64,000 nucleotides of DNA from Pseudomonadota bacterium (GTDB lineage: Bacteria; Chloroflexota; UBA5177; JAJPKF01), in assembly GCA_021323865.1 (NCBI GenBank), contig JAJPKF010000020.1, positions 257,673 to 321,672 on the forward strand. Reading direction: 5' to 3'. A program made the translations under genes and the position numbers. The notes beneath the pieces are model-generated. The model saw nothing but the letters and a program-made list of their open reading frames with translations, had not been told where the DNA came from and did not search any database. Position 1 is the stretch's first letter, and every line of letters begins with the position of its first letter. Positions 26,905-37,081 of this stretch are shown one piece after another.

Positions 26905-29802
26905 TCACCATTCGGTTAGCTTCCACACCTCTGGCCTCAGCTCCCCGGACTCCACTCCGATCTCGGCATAAATCGAGACGGCCGCTTTCAGGTGGCCCAT
27001 CGCGTCCTCGCCGTTGCCTAGATCATGTGCCAGATCGGCCAGAAGATTGTGTAAGGCCGCTTCGCGATGCCGGTCTCCGCAGGAGGCGCTGAGATGGAGA
27101 GCTTCGACGGCGAGGCTGCATGAAGTCTCAGCGTCGCCCATTCGTCGTGCCACGAGCGCCAGATTTTGCAGGGAGCGCACCCGCAGCGCCGAATCGTCCA
27201 GTTCACGCGCCAGTTCGAGACTTGCTTGCAGGTGCTTCCTGGCCCTCGCCAGATCACCGACTCCGGCTGCGACGATTCCCACGGTGCCGTTTGCCAGCAC
27301 AGCCGCTCGGCCATCACCGGTTTTCTGGGCCAGATCGAGGGCACGGTGCGCGAGCGGCAGAGCGCGCTTTGCGTCGCCTTGATGGTAAATGGACATGCTC
27401 CAACCCGAATAGATGCCGGCCAGCTCAGATGGACCCAGTTCGGGACCCAGGTCGACAGCCCTCTTGAAGTGCCCTTCGGCGCGCTCATGATCGCCCCATC
27501 GGTCCTGCGCGGCGCCCAGCTTGGACTCCAGCCGGGCATTCGTGCCTCCGTTCACTTCCAGCGCGCTTTCGTATGACAACACCGCAGTCTGGTACTCGCC
27601 AAGCGTAAGCCGGAGATCTCCGATAGATTCCCAGAGGTGGGCCGGGTCCGAATGCCCAAGATCCAATGCTGCACGAAAGTGTTCGATGGCGTCCGCGGCG
27701 GCGAACAGGCTCGCGGATCGCTCGCCGGCCTTGGCGTGCCACAGGGCAGCTTCCGCGTCCGAGCCACCCGCACGATAATGCCGTGCGATTTCGCCCGCGG
27801 AGGCCGACAGCTGCGCAGAGGAGTTCAGTTGTGCGAGTGCGTCGGCCGTACGTCGGTGTAACAGACGAAGCCGCGGAGCACTCGCCGATTCCAGAACGAC
27901 GGATCTCTGCTTGTCGTGGCTAAAGTCGTAGATAACGTCCCCATCCGGTTCAGACGGAGAGCGATCCACCAAACCGCGGCTGACGAGCTCCTCCAGTGCT
28001 CTGATGGTCATCTCCTCGTCGCGTCCTGCCGCCTGTTGCAGGGTCGCGAACTGGAAGGAATGACCGATGACGGCTGCCGTGGTGAGTACCTGCCGGGCCC
28101 CCTCACTCACGCGAGTCACCCGCGAAATCAGAACATCCCGCACGCTCTGGGGGATGGTAGCCAGCTCCCCCTCCGCTAGCTCAGCGAGATACTCACTGAC
28201 AAAGAGGGGAACGCCTTCACTCTCTTCGAAGAGGCGGTCGGGTAGATCGGCCCGGTCAGCCTGCTCTTTGGAAGCAACTGACTGGACGATTTGCCTGATT
28301 TCATTTGACTTAAGACGCCCTGGCCGGACCTCGGTAAGATTTCCCAGACGTCGGGCACTCACGGTTATCTGTCGCAGTGGCTCCGCTGCCGCGGGTTCCT
28401 CCTCTCTCCACGCCAGCGCGACGAGGAGTCTCTGCCGGTCGATCCGCCGGAGGAGGTAGGCAAGCCAGGCCAGTGTCGAGTCGTCAATCCAGTGCAGGTC
28501 GTCAACCATGAGCAGCAGGGGCTTGTCCAGCGCGCACGCCAGGATCGCCGACGTCACGGACTCGAGGAAGCGGGTCTCGGCCGCCAGTCGCTCCATGCGA
28601 TCGCCTTGCGTCCGGATCTCCGGGTCCTCAACGTCCTCGTCCATAGCCACGAGGCGGCCGAGCTCTCTGCGATTGCTGACGGAAAGGGGCGAGGCGACGC
28701 TCGAGTGATGCAACTGCGGCAGGGCCACTCGAAGGAGCTGGATTAGCGGCGCGTACGGCAGATCTGATTCGCCTTCATAACATCGTGCCGCCAGGACTCG
28801 AAATCCGCGCACCCGAGCCCGTTCCTCCAGCTCCTCCAGGAGCCGGGTCTTTCCGATGCCCGCCTCTCCCTTTACGACCACGACATGTGCCGCCTCTGTG
28901 GCATGATCCAGCGCTTTGCTGAGGCGATCGACCTCGGCCGCTCGTCCCGTGAGTGGAAGCCGGCCCGCTGCCGGACTTCTAATGGGACTCGGCCCGACGA
29001 TGGCCGATTCAGGACGAGCGGTACGGCCCTCGCGAATCGCGGCATATAGGGACTCCGTCTCCTCCACTGGTGGGACCGCCAGCTCTTCCTCGAGGATGCG
29101 GAGACATTCGCGATACTGGCGGATCGCCGCGGCACGGTCTCCCTTCTGGGCATAGGTCGACATAAGGAGCCGGTGCGACGACTCGTCGAGTGGGTCAAGG
29201 TCGACGAGTCGCCGTGCCATGGCGATTGCCTGCTCTAGCTCATTCGCAGCGGCGAGCCCTTGGGCGGAGGCACCGAGTGCCCACGCGAGCTCTCGGCGAT
29301 ATGCATCTGTCTGCGTTGTCTGCCAGGCATCGAAGTCTGAGCCCGCGTGTGCTGAGAACCCCGTCAGGAAGTCGCCGCTGTAGGCCGAAATCGCCTCGAG
29401 AAGGAGGCGGACGGACCGCGAACCTGGAGGCAGGGCGCCATCCATGTGTTCCCGAGCGCTTTTCAGCAAGCTTCGAAACAGTACGACGTCGAGAGCCAGG
29501 TGCTCAAGGTCGAGACGGAGCGATTGACTCTCGGTGACGATGGCGGACGAGCCAATCGCGCCTCGAAGCGTGGAGAGCGTTCGACGCAGAGATGACCTGG
29601 CGGAAGCGGCGTCCGCCTCAGGCCAAAGCATAGCCACCAGCTCATACCGAGATCGGGGCTTATCCGAGGCCGCCAGCAGCGCCAGCAGCGCAATCGCCTT
29701 CCGGGTATCGACCTCTACCCGAAAGCCGCCGCGCTCGATTCTGGGAGGGCCGAAGAGCGTCACCGAGATGGCCGGCACTCGATGTGTCCCGCCATCTTGC
29801 AT
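26905..29802 (-). CDS. SARP/BTAD-domain transcriptional regulator with AAA (STAND) ATPase and TPRs
   Basis: wHTH LFGPPRI...RKAIALLALLA; BTAD LDPLDESSHRLLM; Walker A GEAGIGKT; VDDLHWID; helical repeats; ends PEVWKLTEW. Confidence 0.9.
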   Translation of the reverse strand: MQDGGTHRVPAISVTLFGPPRIERGGFRVEVDTRKAIALLALLAASDKPRSRYELVAMLWPEADAASARSSLRRTLSTLRGAIGSSAIVTESQSLRLDLEHLALDVVLFRSLLKSAREHMDGALPPGSRSVRLLLEAISAYSGDFLTGFSAHAGSDFDAWQTTQTDAYRRELAWALGASAQGLAAANELEQAIAMARRLVDLDPLDESSHRLLMSTYAQKGDRAAAIRQYRECLRILEEELAVPPVEETESLYAAIREGRTARPESAIVGPSPIRSPAAGRLPLTGRAAEVDRLSKALDHATEAAHVVVVKGEAGIGKTRLLEELEERARVRGFRVLAARCYEGESDLPYAPLIQLLRVALPQLHHSSVASPLSVSNRRELGRLVAMDEDVEDPEIRTQGDRMERLAAETRFLESVTSAILACALDKPLLLMVDDLHWIDDSTLAWLAYLLRRIDRQRLLVALAWREEEPAAAEPLRQITVSARRLGNLTEVRPGRLKSNEIRQIVQSVASKEQADRADLPDRLFEESEGVPLFVSEYLAELAEGELATIPQSVRDVLISRVTRVSEGARQVLTTAAVIGHSFQFATLQQAAGRDEEMTIRALEELVSRGLVDRSPSEPDGDVIYDFSHDKQRSVVLESASAPRLRLLHRRTADALAQLNSSAQLSASAGEIARHYRAGGSDAEAALWHAKAGERSASLFAAADAIEHFRAALDLGHSDPAHLWESIGDLRLTLGEYQTAVLSYESALEVNGGTNARLESKLGAAQDRWGDHERAEGHFKRAVDLGPELGPSELAGIYSGWSMSIYHQGDAKRALPLAHRALDLAQKTGDGRAAVLANGTVGIVAAGVGDLARARKHLQASLELARELDDSALRVRSLQNLALVARRMGDAETSCSLAVEALHLSASCGDRHREAALHNLLADLAHDLGNGEDAMGHLKAAVSIYAEIGVESGELRPEVWKLTEW

Positions 29803-30178
29803 TCCAGATTGTATTGAAGCGTCGATGGTTTGGGCGAGTTGGCAAGGCTCAGCCTTCCAAAGCTGGCCCGGAGTTGATCTCAGCGGACAGTGCCGCGCCG
29901 TCTCGCTTCTAGGCCGACTGTACTCTCATTGCCCGCTCCTGCCTGGGCCCACTTCTGAGCCTCTCTTCTGACCTTTGCCGCGATGCGTCCGGCGGTCGGA
30001 GCTATTCCGAGTCGGTTTTCTCCCGCTGCGCACAGATACACCGAGATCTGCAACGTGGCATGTACGAAAAGAACCGAATTGATATGACGGATTGGCGCTT
30101 CATCGGGAGGCAGTCATAAAGGCCGGCCAGGTCGAGGTCCGCAGGCGACTTGGACCGCTGGTAGGAGCGGTGAGGAAG

Positions 30179-30697
30179 TCACCGCGGGCCCAACCCGGTG
30201 CGCCCGTCGATCAGCTCTCGCGCGATGTCCAGATGGCCGGCATGCCGGGCGGTCTCTTCGATCATGTGCAGCACAACCCAGCGCACATCGGGCGGTTCCT
30301 CCATCTCCGGGTCGCCATGCCTTCCCAGCGGCTTGGACGACATCGGTGTCGCCGACAGCACTGCATCAGACCGGGCGCATTGGTCCCGGTAGAACGCGAC
30401 GATGTCCGCCGACGGCAGCTCGGAGACAAACGCCGCCGTCGGGTCATAGGGTGTCATATCCGCGTCGGGCGGTGGCGCCGGGCGAATGCCTGCCACGACG
30501 CCCTGAAACCAGTGCCACTCTGCGCCGCCGAGATGTTCGACCAATCCAGCCGGCGTCCAACCGGAAGGCACCACCGACTGGTGCCAGCCCTCTTCGTCCA
30601 GACCATCCACGATGGAAAGCACCGCGCCTCGCTGGGCCTGCAGAAAGGCCAACAGCGCACCATCATTTTGTTCTTGGGAATCGTCGGTCATAGTCAT
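30179..30697 (-). CDS. DinB/DUF664 family protein
   Basis: GGGAGG RBS; PSGWTPAGLVEHL; HMIEETARHAGHLDIARELIDG. Confidence 0.88.
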   Translation of the reverse strand: MTMTDDSQEQNDGALLAFLQAQRGAVLSIVDGLDEEGWHQSVVPSGWTPAGLVEHLGGAEWHWFQGVVAGIRPAPPPDADMTPYDPTAAFVSELPSADIVAFYRDQCARSDAVLSATPMSSKPLGRHGDPEMEEPPDVRWVVLHMIEETARHAGHLDIARELIDGRTGLGPR

Positions 30698-30895
30698 GGC
30701 CTCCCTTTCATCGAATACTCCATGGGACCGGGGCCAGCGAAATTGCCAGGACATGCGGCGGGTATGGTGGAAGCGTAGCACGACCAACCACGAGCGGACA
30801 CTCCCATTCCGCAAAGGATCCCGTTGTGTGGACGGCACCGAAGAGCCACCCCGGATCAACCTGGCTGGGCATCCTGAGAGAGCGCGACAAGTTTG

Positions 30896-31675
30896 CTACC
30901 CACCAGTTCCGACGTCGCCACGTTCGTACTCGTCGTGACGGCGCCACCAGAAGTCGGCCTCGTTCCGTCCCAATGGCGCCCGGTCGAGCCATTGATAACC
31001 GCCCCAGAGGGCATCGAGGCCTCGAGCGTATGCAGAGTAGGTATGATAAACCTCCCCGTTGTCGAGGGCGAAGGCGCTCATGCCAGGCATCTGTCGGGAG
31101 TAGGTGGCCCAGTCGGTGCCCACGGGAGAGGCATTTGGGCCGTCCTCGACGTTTGGGTCCGGCCGCAAGTCCACCGTTCGGAAGTTGTATTCGACGGCGC
31201 CGCTCTGCTGCTGCTCTTGCGTGATGGCGGCCTGAAAGTCGAAGTTGAAGTCTGTGTTGAATGATGAGGCCCATGGAAATGTCCAGCCCATTCGTCGCTT
31301 GAAGGCCTGGAGCCTGGCCAGGGGGGCGCGAGACACGGCCCACAGCATGACGTCATGGTTGGCCAGATGGATCACAAAGCCATTGAAGCCGTCGGCAATG
31401 GCCGAGCAGGCGGGACAGCCCGCCTGATACTCGGGTCCGAACATAAAGTGGTACACGAGGAGCTGTGACCGTCCCCTGAAGAGATCGGCGAGTGAGGCTC
31501 GGCCCTCGTCCGTGTCGAACTGGTATTCCTTGTCCATCCGTACCCAAGGCAGGCGACGGCGCTGCTCCGCGACCTCGTCGCCCTGACGGGTCAATGCCTT
31601 CTCGGCCTCGAGCAGCTGCATGCGAGCTGTGCGCCACTCCTCACGAGTCGCGACGTGGTGTTCAGGCATGGTCAT
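30896..31675 (-). CDS. DUF899 thioredoxin-like protein
   Basis: RRRLPWV, YHFMFGP, GCPACS, YHTYSAYARG, WWRRHDEY. Confidence 0.9.
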   Translation of the reverse strand: MTMPEHHVATREEWRTARMQLLEAEKALTRQGDEVAEQRRRLPWVRMDKEYQFDTDEGRASLADLFRGRSQLLVYHFMFGPEYQAGCPACSAIADGFNGFVIHLANHDVMLWAVSRAPLARLQAFKRRMGWTFPWASSFNTDFNFDFQAAITQEQQQSGAVEYNFRTVDLRPDPNVEDGPNASPVGTDWATYSRQMPGMSAFALDNGEVYHTYSAYARGLDALWGGYQWLDRAPLGRNEADFWWRRHDEYERGDVGTGG

Positions 31676-31945
31676 CTCCTTCCCGGTTGCTGTTCAGTGA
31701 GTTCGATGGGACCGTCGGCGAGGCAGCGAGCCTTGAGGTCTCGTCTCCAAGACGTCAGAGCCCCTTCTCCAGTGTGGCGAAGACAAAGGCGAGAACGTCC
31801 AGCAATCGACCCGGAGTCCTTCCTCCCGCCCGGCTGTGACCTCGGCCGCCCGATTCGAAAAGGTCTGAAGACGGCGAGGAAGAGCGAAATCCTTGGCGGC
31901 TGACGGGGTATGGTCTGAGGGAAGGCTCCAAACGGGAGGTGGCCG

Positions 31946-32518
31946 GTGGTCCCGCACGAGTACCACGACTTTCTAATCGGTAGCTCTCAGGCAAGCGCGG
32001 CGCTGATCGGGTTGCTCTTTGTGGCCGTCTCCCTTGCTCCGGACCGCGTGTTCGGCGCGGAGGCGTCGGCTCGCCACCGGGCGCAGGCCTTGAGCGCCTT
32101 TACGGCGCTCGCGAACGCGTTTTTTACCTCCATGGCCGGTCTGATTCCCGACGTGAACATGGGCGCCGTCGCCATCGTTGCCGCCGCCGTTTCTCTCGTC
32201 CAGACGGCCTCGCTCCTGTTTCTCTGGCCTCGATGGAGGGAACAGGCGCGGCTGGGCCGGGCCGTCTTCCTGCTGCTCGTGAGCGCGGGCGTATACGCGG
32301 CAGAGCTTTACGCCGGGGTCAAGTATCTGGGAAAGGTGACCGACGAGGGGCCCATCCCCGTCTTGTTCATGTGCGTGCTGGTCATGTTCTTTGTGGGCCT
32401 GTCGCGCGCTTGGGAGCTGATGGGGGCCGCGGATAACGCGGGGCTCATCATGCAGATTCGCCGCCGCCTGGCACCTGACCGTGACCGCATGGAGCGGACC
32501 GAGGGACAGGGAACGTGA
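31946..32518 (+). CDS. Hypothetical membrane protein
   Basis: GGAGG RBS; ASAALIGLLFVAVS...RAWEL; about 6 TM segments. Confidence 0.75.
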   Translation: MVPHEYHDFLIGSSQASAALIGLLFVAVSLAPDRVFGAEASARHRAQALSAFTALANAFFTSMAGLIPDVNMGAVAIVAAAVSLVQTASLLFLWPRWREQARLGRAVFLLLVSAGVYAAELYAGVKYLGKVTDEGPIPVLFMCVLVMFFVGLSRAWELMGAADNAGLIMQIRRRLAPDRDRMERTEGQGT

Positions 32519-32633
32519 GTGGAGAACGCGGGACTCGTCGCCGGCACAGTTGGGACAGAACGCCTGATATCGTGACTCGCATGACAACACGGCGAAGCGG
32601 AATGGCTCAGCAGCGAGCGGCGAGAGACACCAT

Positions 32634-33602
32634 TTGTCGAGAGCCTCCATGATTGAGACCGACGATCTAGCCTCCTCAGCAAATCGTCCTTCCATCACCC
32701 CTGCTATCTCGACAAGCGGACTTTCCAAGCGCTTTGGGAATCGCTCGGCGGTCAGGGACCTCACCATCGAAGTGCCGTCGGGGCGGGTCGTGGGATTCGT
32801 CGGTCCCAACGGGTCGGGAAAGACGACGACCATTCGGATGATGCTGGGGCTGATCCGTCCATCCTCGGGGACCGCTCGGGTGCTGGGAGAGTCAATCGCG
32901 GACCCCCCTCGATATCTGAGCCGCGTGGGTGCCCTCATCGAGACGCCCGCCTTCTACCCCACACTCTCCGGCGTGGGGAATCTCCGAGTGCTGGCCACGC
33001 TGGGCGGCATTGGCTACGGGCAAATCTCGCATCTCCTCGACGTCGTCGGTCTTTCGGGCCGTGAGCGCGACATGGTGGGCAGCTATTCGTTGGGGATGAA
33101 GCAGCGCCTGGGCGTTGCCGTGGCCCTGCTTCCGGATCCGGAGCTCCTCATCCTGGACGAGCCGGCCAACGGGCTCGATCCGGAAGGCATCATCGAGATG
33201 CGGGAGCTGCTGCGTCGTCTGCGTGACGAGGGGAAGACGCTCTTCGTCAGCAGTCATCTGCTTGGCGAGCTGGAGCAGGTGGCCGACTGGCTGGTGATGA
33301 TCAAGAGTGGCGAGGCCCTCTATGCCGGTCCCACCAGTGAGCTGCGCTCACATGAGACCAGCGGCTTCGTTCTCGGAGCCGCCGTTGAGCAGCTCCCCGC
33401 CCTGGAGTCCCTCATGGAGGGTATGGGCTTCGAATGCCGTGTCGAGGGCGACTCGGTCCGGGTTACGGCACCGCCCGAAGCCGCAGCTCTCATCAACGAA
33501 CAGTCCATGCGGGGGGGGATCACGCTGACGGAGATCCGTCCTATCCGCCCAACCTTGGAGCAAACGTTTCTTGACATGATTTCCGGAGATGGCGATGCTT
33601 GA
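32634..33602 (+). CDS. ABC transporter ATP-binding protein (BcrA-like)
   Basis: GPNGSGKTT, YSLGMKQR, ILDEPANGLDP, SSH. Confidence 0.92.
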   Translation: MSRASMIETDDLASSANRPSITPAISTSGLSKRFGNRSAVRDLTIEVPSGRVVGFVGPNGSGKTTTIRMMLGLIRPSSGTARVLGESIADPPRYLSRVGALIETPAFYPTLSGVGNLRVLATLGGIGYGQISHLLDVVGLSGRERDMVGSYSLGMKQRLGVAVALLPDPELLILDEPANGLDPEGIIEMRELLRRLRDEGKTLFVSSHLLGELEQVADWLVMIKSGEALYAGPTSELRSHETSGFVLGAAVEQLPALESLMEGMGFECRVEGDSVRVTAPPEAAALINEQSMRGGITLTEIRPIRPTLEQTFLDMISGDGDA

Positions 33603-34407
33603 GGCGTTCCGGAGCGAATGGATCAAGAACCGGCGGCGCTCCATGCTGATCGGGGCCGGTCTGATGCCGCTACTGACCATCATCTTCGTGCCGCTCGGCA
33701 TCAGACGCGCACTGAGTGGTGGTGGCGGCGGCCGGTTCGCCGGACCGGGAGACCTGACGAAGCTGGTTCTGGAAGGGGACAAGGGTCTCACCACTCTTCT
33801 CAGCCGCGGCGGGACGCTGTCGGCGGTCATTGCGCTGGCCATCGTAGCGTCGTCGATGGCGGTCGAGTACCCTCACGGAACGCTGCGGAACCTGCTCGTC
33901 CGTCAGCCGCGCCGCATTCAGCTGCTGTCGGGCAAGTTCCTCAGTCTTCTGACGTTCGTGTTTATCGCCGGCACACTATCGCTGGGGCTCGGGGTGCTCA
34001 CGGCCTTACTGGTGGCGCCTGGACAGGGCGTCGACACGGCCGCGTGGACCAGCTCTACGGGAGTCTCGAACCTCGTGACTCTGTATTGGGAGCTGCTCGT
34101 CACGATCCTCGGGTACTCGGTTCTGGGCTACTTCAGCGCTGTACTCTTCCGGTCTCCCGCCGCGGCCGTTGCGGTGCCGCTGGTATACATCATCATTCTC
34201 GAGAACCTAATCGGTGCCGTCTGGACCGATGCGCCGAACTGGCTGTACGGCAAACTGCTGGGCGGGGTCATCAACGGTGAGTCGGTGCTACGGAGTGACA
34301 CTGCAGTCGCCGGCTTGAGCCGAGGGCTGACGCTCAGCATCATCTACATGGCCGGCATGGGCATGGTGAGCGCGCTCATCTTCCGCTTCCGCGACGTCAC
34401 CTCGTAG
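33589..34407 (+). CDS. ABC-2 type permease
   Basis: EYPHGTLRNLL..QPRR; about 6 TM segments; ends FRFRDVTS. Confidence 0.88.
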   Translation: MAMLEAFRSEWIKNRRRSMLIGAGLMPLLTIIFVPLGIRRALSGGGGGRFAGPGDLTKLVLEGDKGLTTLLSRGGTLSAVIALAIVASSMAVEYPHGTLRNLLVRQPRRIQLLSGKFLSLLTFVFIAGTLSLGLGVLTALLVAPGQGVDTAAWTSSTGVSNLVTLYWELLVTILGYSVLGYFSAVLFRSPAAAVAVPLVYIIILENLIGAVWTDAPNWLYGKLLGGVINGESVLRSDTAVAGLSRGLTLSIIYMAGMGMVSALIFRFRDVTS

Positions 34408-34412
34408 GCGCG

Positions 34413-35108
34413 TCAGGTCGCTGGCCCGCCCTCTCTCATTCGTTCGATACCGTCGAGTATCAGGTCGAGGCCGAAGGCGAACTCCTCGTTGCCCGTCGGG
34501 GCATTGGAGGCCAGGTGCTGCCGTCCGTGTTCGACGGTGTAGGGAAACTCCTCGTCGGAAATCTGCCGGAACAGCATCGGGATGGCCTTTCGGATCTCGG
34601 CAGCGTGACGGGAAATGCTAACCTGCCAGAGCGTGAAGCCCATGATGTGGCTCTCAATGGCGTGATAGGCGTGATGGGTCAGCTCGGGGGAGAAGCCTGC
34701 GCTCCGAAGCGTGCGCAGGAGACCTTCCATGTAGGTGAGTCGTGCCCTCCGGATCCGGGACGGCCCAGTCGACAACATCAGTGCGCACGCCCAGCGATGC
34801 CGGATCATCGCATCGTGAGCGGAGATGGCGAACCGGCGAACGTCACTTTTCCACTCGCCGTTCCCGTCCGGTACTTCGATCTCGGCATCAACCAGGTCGA
34901 GCAGGCCATAGATCAGGTCTTCTTTGTTGGCGACATGACGGTAGAGAGACATGGCCTCGACGCCGAGAGCGTGACCGAGCTTGCGCATGCTGACTGACTC
35001 GATACCCCCGGCGTCGGCCAGCTCCATGGCGGCTTCGAGGACGCGCTCCCGACTGAGCGGACGTCGACGTCCGGCCTCGGGGCTGGAGCCAACCGGCCTC
35101 GCAGTCAT
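34413..35108 (-). CDS. TetR family regulator (TetR_C type)
   Basis: LSRERVLEAA...SMRKLGHALGVEAMSLYRHV; FAFGLDLILDG. Confidence 0.92.
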   Translation of the reverse strand: MTARPVGSSPEAGRRRPLSRERVLEAAMELADAGGIESVSMRKLGHALGVEAMSLYRHVANKEDLIYGLLDLVDAEIEVPDGNGEWKSDVRRFAISAHDAMIRHRWACALMLSTGPSRIRRARLTYMEGLLRTLRSAGFSPELTHHAYHAIESHIMGFTLWQVSISRHAAEIRKAIPMLFRQISDEEFPYTVEHGRQHLASNAPTGNEEFAFGLDLILDGIERMREGGPAT

Positions 35109-35206
35109 ACCGGGAACCGTTGGATGCGATTCGGTCTCAACGGTGCAATGTCGTTCTGCCCGGCCGTGGCAACTGGTTCTTTCTCACGCTTCGGTCCACG
35201 AGTGCC

Positions 35207-36247
35207 TCAGCTCGTGGTGATGACGATCTTGGCCTTCGCATGCCCGGTCGCCAGGTAGCGGAAGGCCTCGGCCGTTTGATCGAGTGGAAACGTGCGGTCG
35301 ATGCAGGGCATCAGCTTTCCTTCGTCGACGAGCTTGGCCAGGGTTGCGAGGTCCTCCGGGTTGAACTGAGCGATGAAGAAGGCGATCCGTCCCTTGATGA
35401 ACCGTCGGACCATCATGGACCATCCGATCTTACTGAGCGCGCGAAGCATGTTCTTGCCATGCCCGTCCTGATGTCCTCCTCCGGCGAGCACGAGCGTGCC
35501 GTTGGGCGTCAGCACCCGCCGAAGATCTCGAAGGGAGCGGTTCCCGACCACGTCAAACACCAGGTCGTATCGCTCCCCACTTTGTGCGAAGTCCTCTCGG
35601 GTGTAGTCGAATACCCGATCGGCGCCGAGAGAGCGCACCAGTTCGCCATTTCCGGGGCCGCACACGGCGGTCACCTCACCGCCGAGCGCCTTGGCGATCT
35701 GAACCGCGAAGGTGCCGACACCCCCGGCAGCGCCGTTGATGAGAACCCGACTGCCGGGCTGGAGCCGGCCCTTGTCGCGCAGCCCTTGGAGCGCCGTCAG
35801 GCCGGCGATGGGTATGGCCGCCGCCTGTTCGAACGTGAGCCGAGCGGGTTTGCGGGCCAGTACCTTGGCGGACGCGAAGCCGGCCAGGGAGCCGCGCGCT
35901 CCTCCGAACACCTCGTCTCCGACGCGGAAGCCGGATGCCGCGCTGCCGACCCGGACGACGACCCCTGCGACGTCCGATCCCGGGGCGGGGTTGGACGGTT
36001 TCTTGAAGCCGCTGAGGGCTCGCGTCACCAGAGATCCACCCAACATATGGAGGTCAGCGGGATTGATCGATGCGGCGCGCACTTCCACCAGAAATCGATC
36101 CGGTTCCAGATCCGGAAGCGCAACGTCGACCGGCTTCCAGGCAGCGCTCCCATATCCCTCGAAGGGCATGGCGCGCATGGTGGCCGGCAGCTCCTGGGCG
36201 GTGCGATCGTCGTTCCTGGTCGCCGGCTCTGTCGAGGGGATGTTCAT
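35207..36247 (-). CDS. NAD(P)-dependent MDR family oxidoreductase (quinone oxidoreductase-like)
   Basis: AASINPAD, GSDVAG, INGAAGGVGTFAVQIAK; AAGGAG RBS. Confidence 0.9.
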   Translation of the reverse strand: MNIPSTEPATRNDDRTAQELPATMRAMPFEGYGSAAWKPVDVALPDLEPDRFLVEVRAASINPADLHMLGGSLVTRALSGFKKPSNPAPGSDVAGVVVRVGSAASGFRVGDEVFGGARGSLAGFASAKVLARKPARLTFEQAAAIPIAGLTALQGLRDKGRLQPGSRVLINGAAGGVGTFAVQIAKALGGEVTAVCGPGNGELVRSLGADRVFDYTREDFAQSGERYDLVFDVVGNRSLRDLRRVLTPNGTLVLAGGGHQDGHGKNMLRALSKIGWSMMVRRFIKGRIAFFIAQFNPEDLATLAKLVDEGKLMPCIDRTFPLDQTAEAFRYLATGHAKAKIVITTS

Positions 36248-36279
36248 CACTGTGTCTCCTTGCTTATAATTCCAGGCAG

Positions 36280-36308
36280 TGCTTACAAAGTAAGCATACA
36301 TCGTAAGC
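36280..36308. promoter_or_regulatory. Tandem palindromic TetR-type operators
   Basis: TGCTTACAAAGTAAGCA overlapping GCATACATCGTAAGC, upstream of the oxidoreductase-tetR pair. Confidence 0.65.
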
Positions 36309-36488
36309 TGGACTCTTTGTGGCCGCTGCGTGCGACTGTGATGAGGATCACATCGACCGGCTCAGGACATGAGGCCGTGAGAGGCTACCCGAGCCGCGAA
36401 GTCCTGCGCACTGATGCCTTGGCAGGGTTAGGAAGTGTTGGAATCGGGAATTGACCTGGGAGACGTGTGAATCCCTTCGCGCAAGAGC

Positions 36489-36977
36489 TCAGTAAGGTCG
36501 CCCAGGGCCACGAAACCGACGTTCCAGATAGGGGACAAAGTGCCCGGCATAACGCTCCTGCAGGTCAGGCCGCTTCCAATCCCATCCGGTAACCACACCT
36601 CGGCAGGCTGCGGAGCCGCACACGCATTGCATGGTCCATGCGGCGTCGTCGCTCAGAAGCCCGTAGTCAATTGTCAGCTCCTCGCCGGGGCCGATCGTGC
36701 GTCTCGCAGAGATGGAGGTAGCGTCCGCCATCCAGAGGTTCGAGTCACAGGAATGATTCCCGCGAACCACAGGGTCGTCGAGCGCAAACAGGATGATCTC
36801 GTCCTCGGAAATCGCGGCGCAGTCATAGCGAGCCAGCCTTTTCAGCCCCTCAAGTCGACTCTTGGGAACGATCTCACCGCCCCAGCGAATCAGCAGCTCT
36901 CCCTTCGCGACCGCCGCCGTAGCACGGAGGCCAAGTCCATGAATGTCCGACGGAGCGACGGCGATTCGCCCATCCAT
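36489..36977 (-). CDS. SET domain protein with post-SET cysteines
   Basis: IHGLGL, NHSCDSN, GEELTIDY, CVCGSAACRG. Confidence 0.9.
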   Translation of the reverse strand: MDGRIAVAPSDIHGLGLRATAAVAKGELLIRWGGEIVPKSRLEGLKRLARYDCAAISEDEIILFALDDPVVRGNHSCDSNLWMADATSISARRTIGPGEELTIDYGLLSDDAAWTMQCVCGSAACRGVVTGWDWKRPDLQERYAGHFVPYLERRFRGPGRPY

Positions 36978-37081
36978 CCACGACCTTCGCCGGACAGTCG
37001 CATTACCGAGCAGCCATGTCCGGGTGGCACCGTGACGTTACTCTGAGGGACATGTCTTGAGCCGGCACGCGTCCCCTCGGC

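Noticed and set aside
35120-36454. 444-aa plus-strand ORF
   Set aside because: Antisense shadow of the MDR oxidoreductase, a common artefact for this family.
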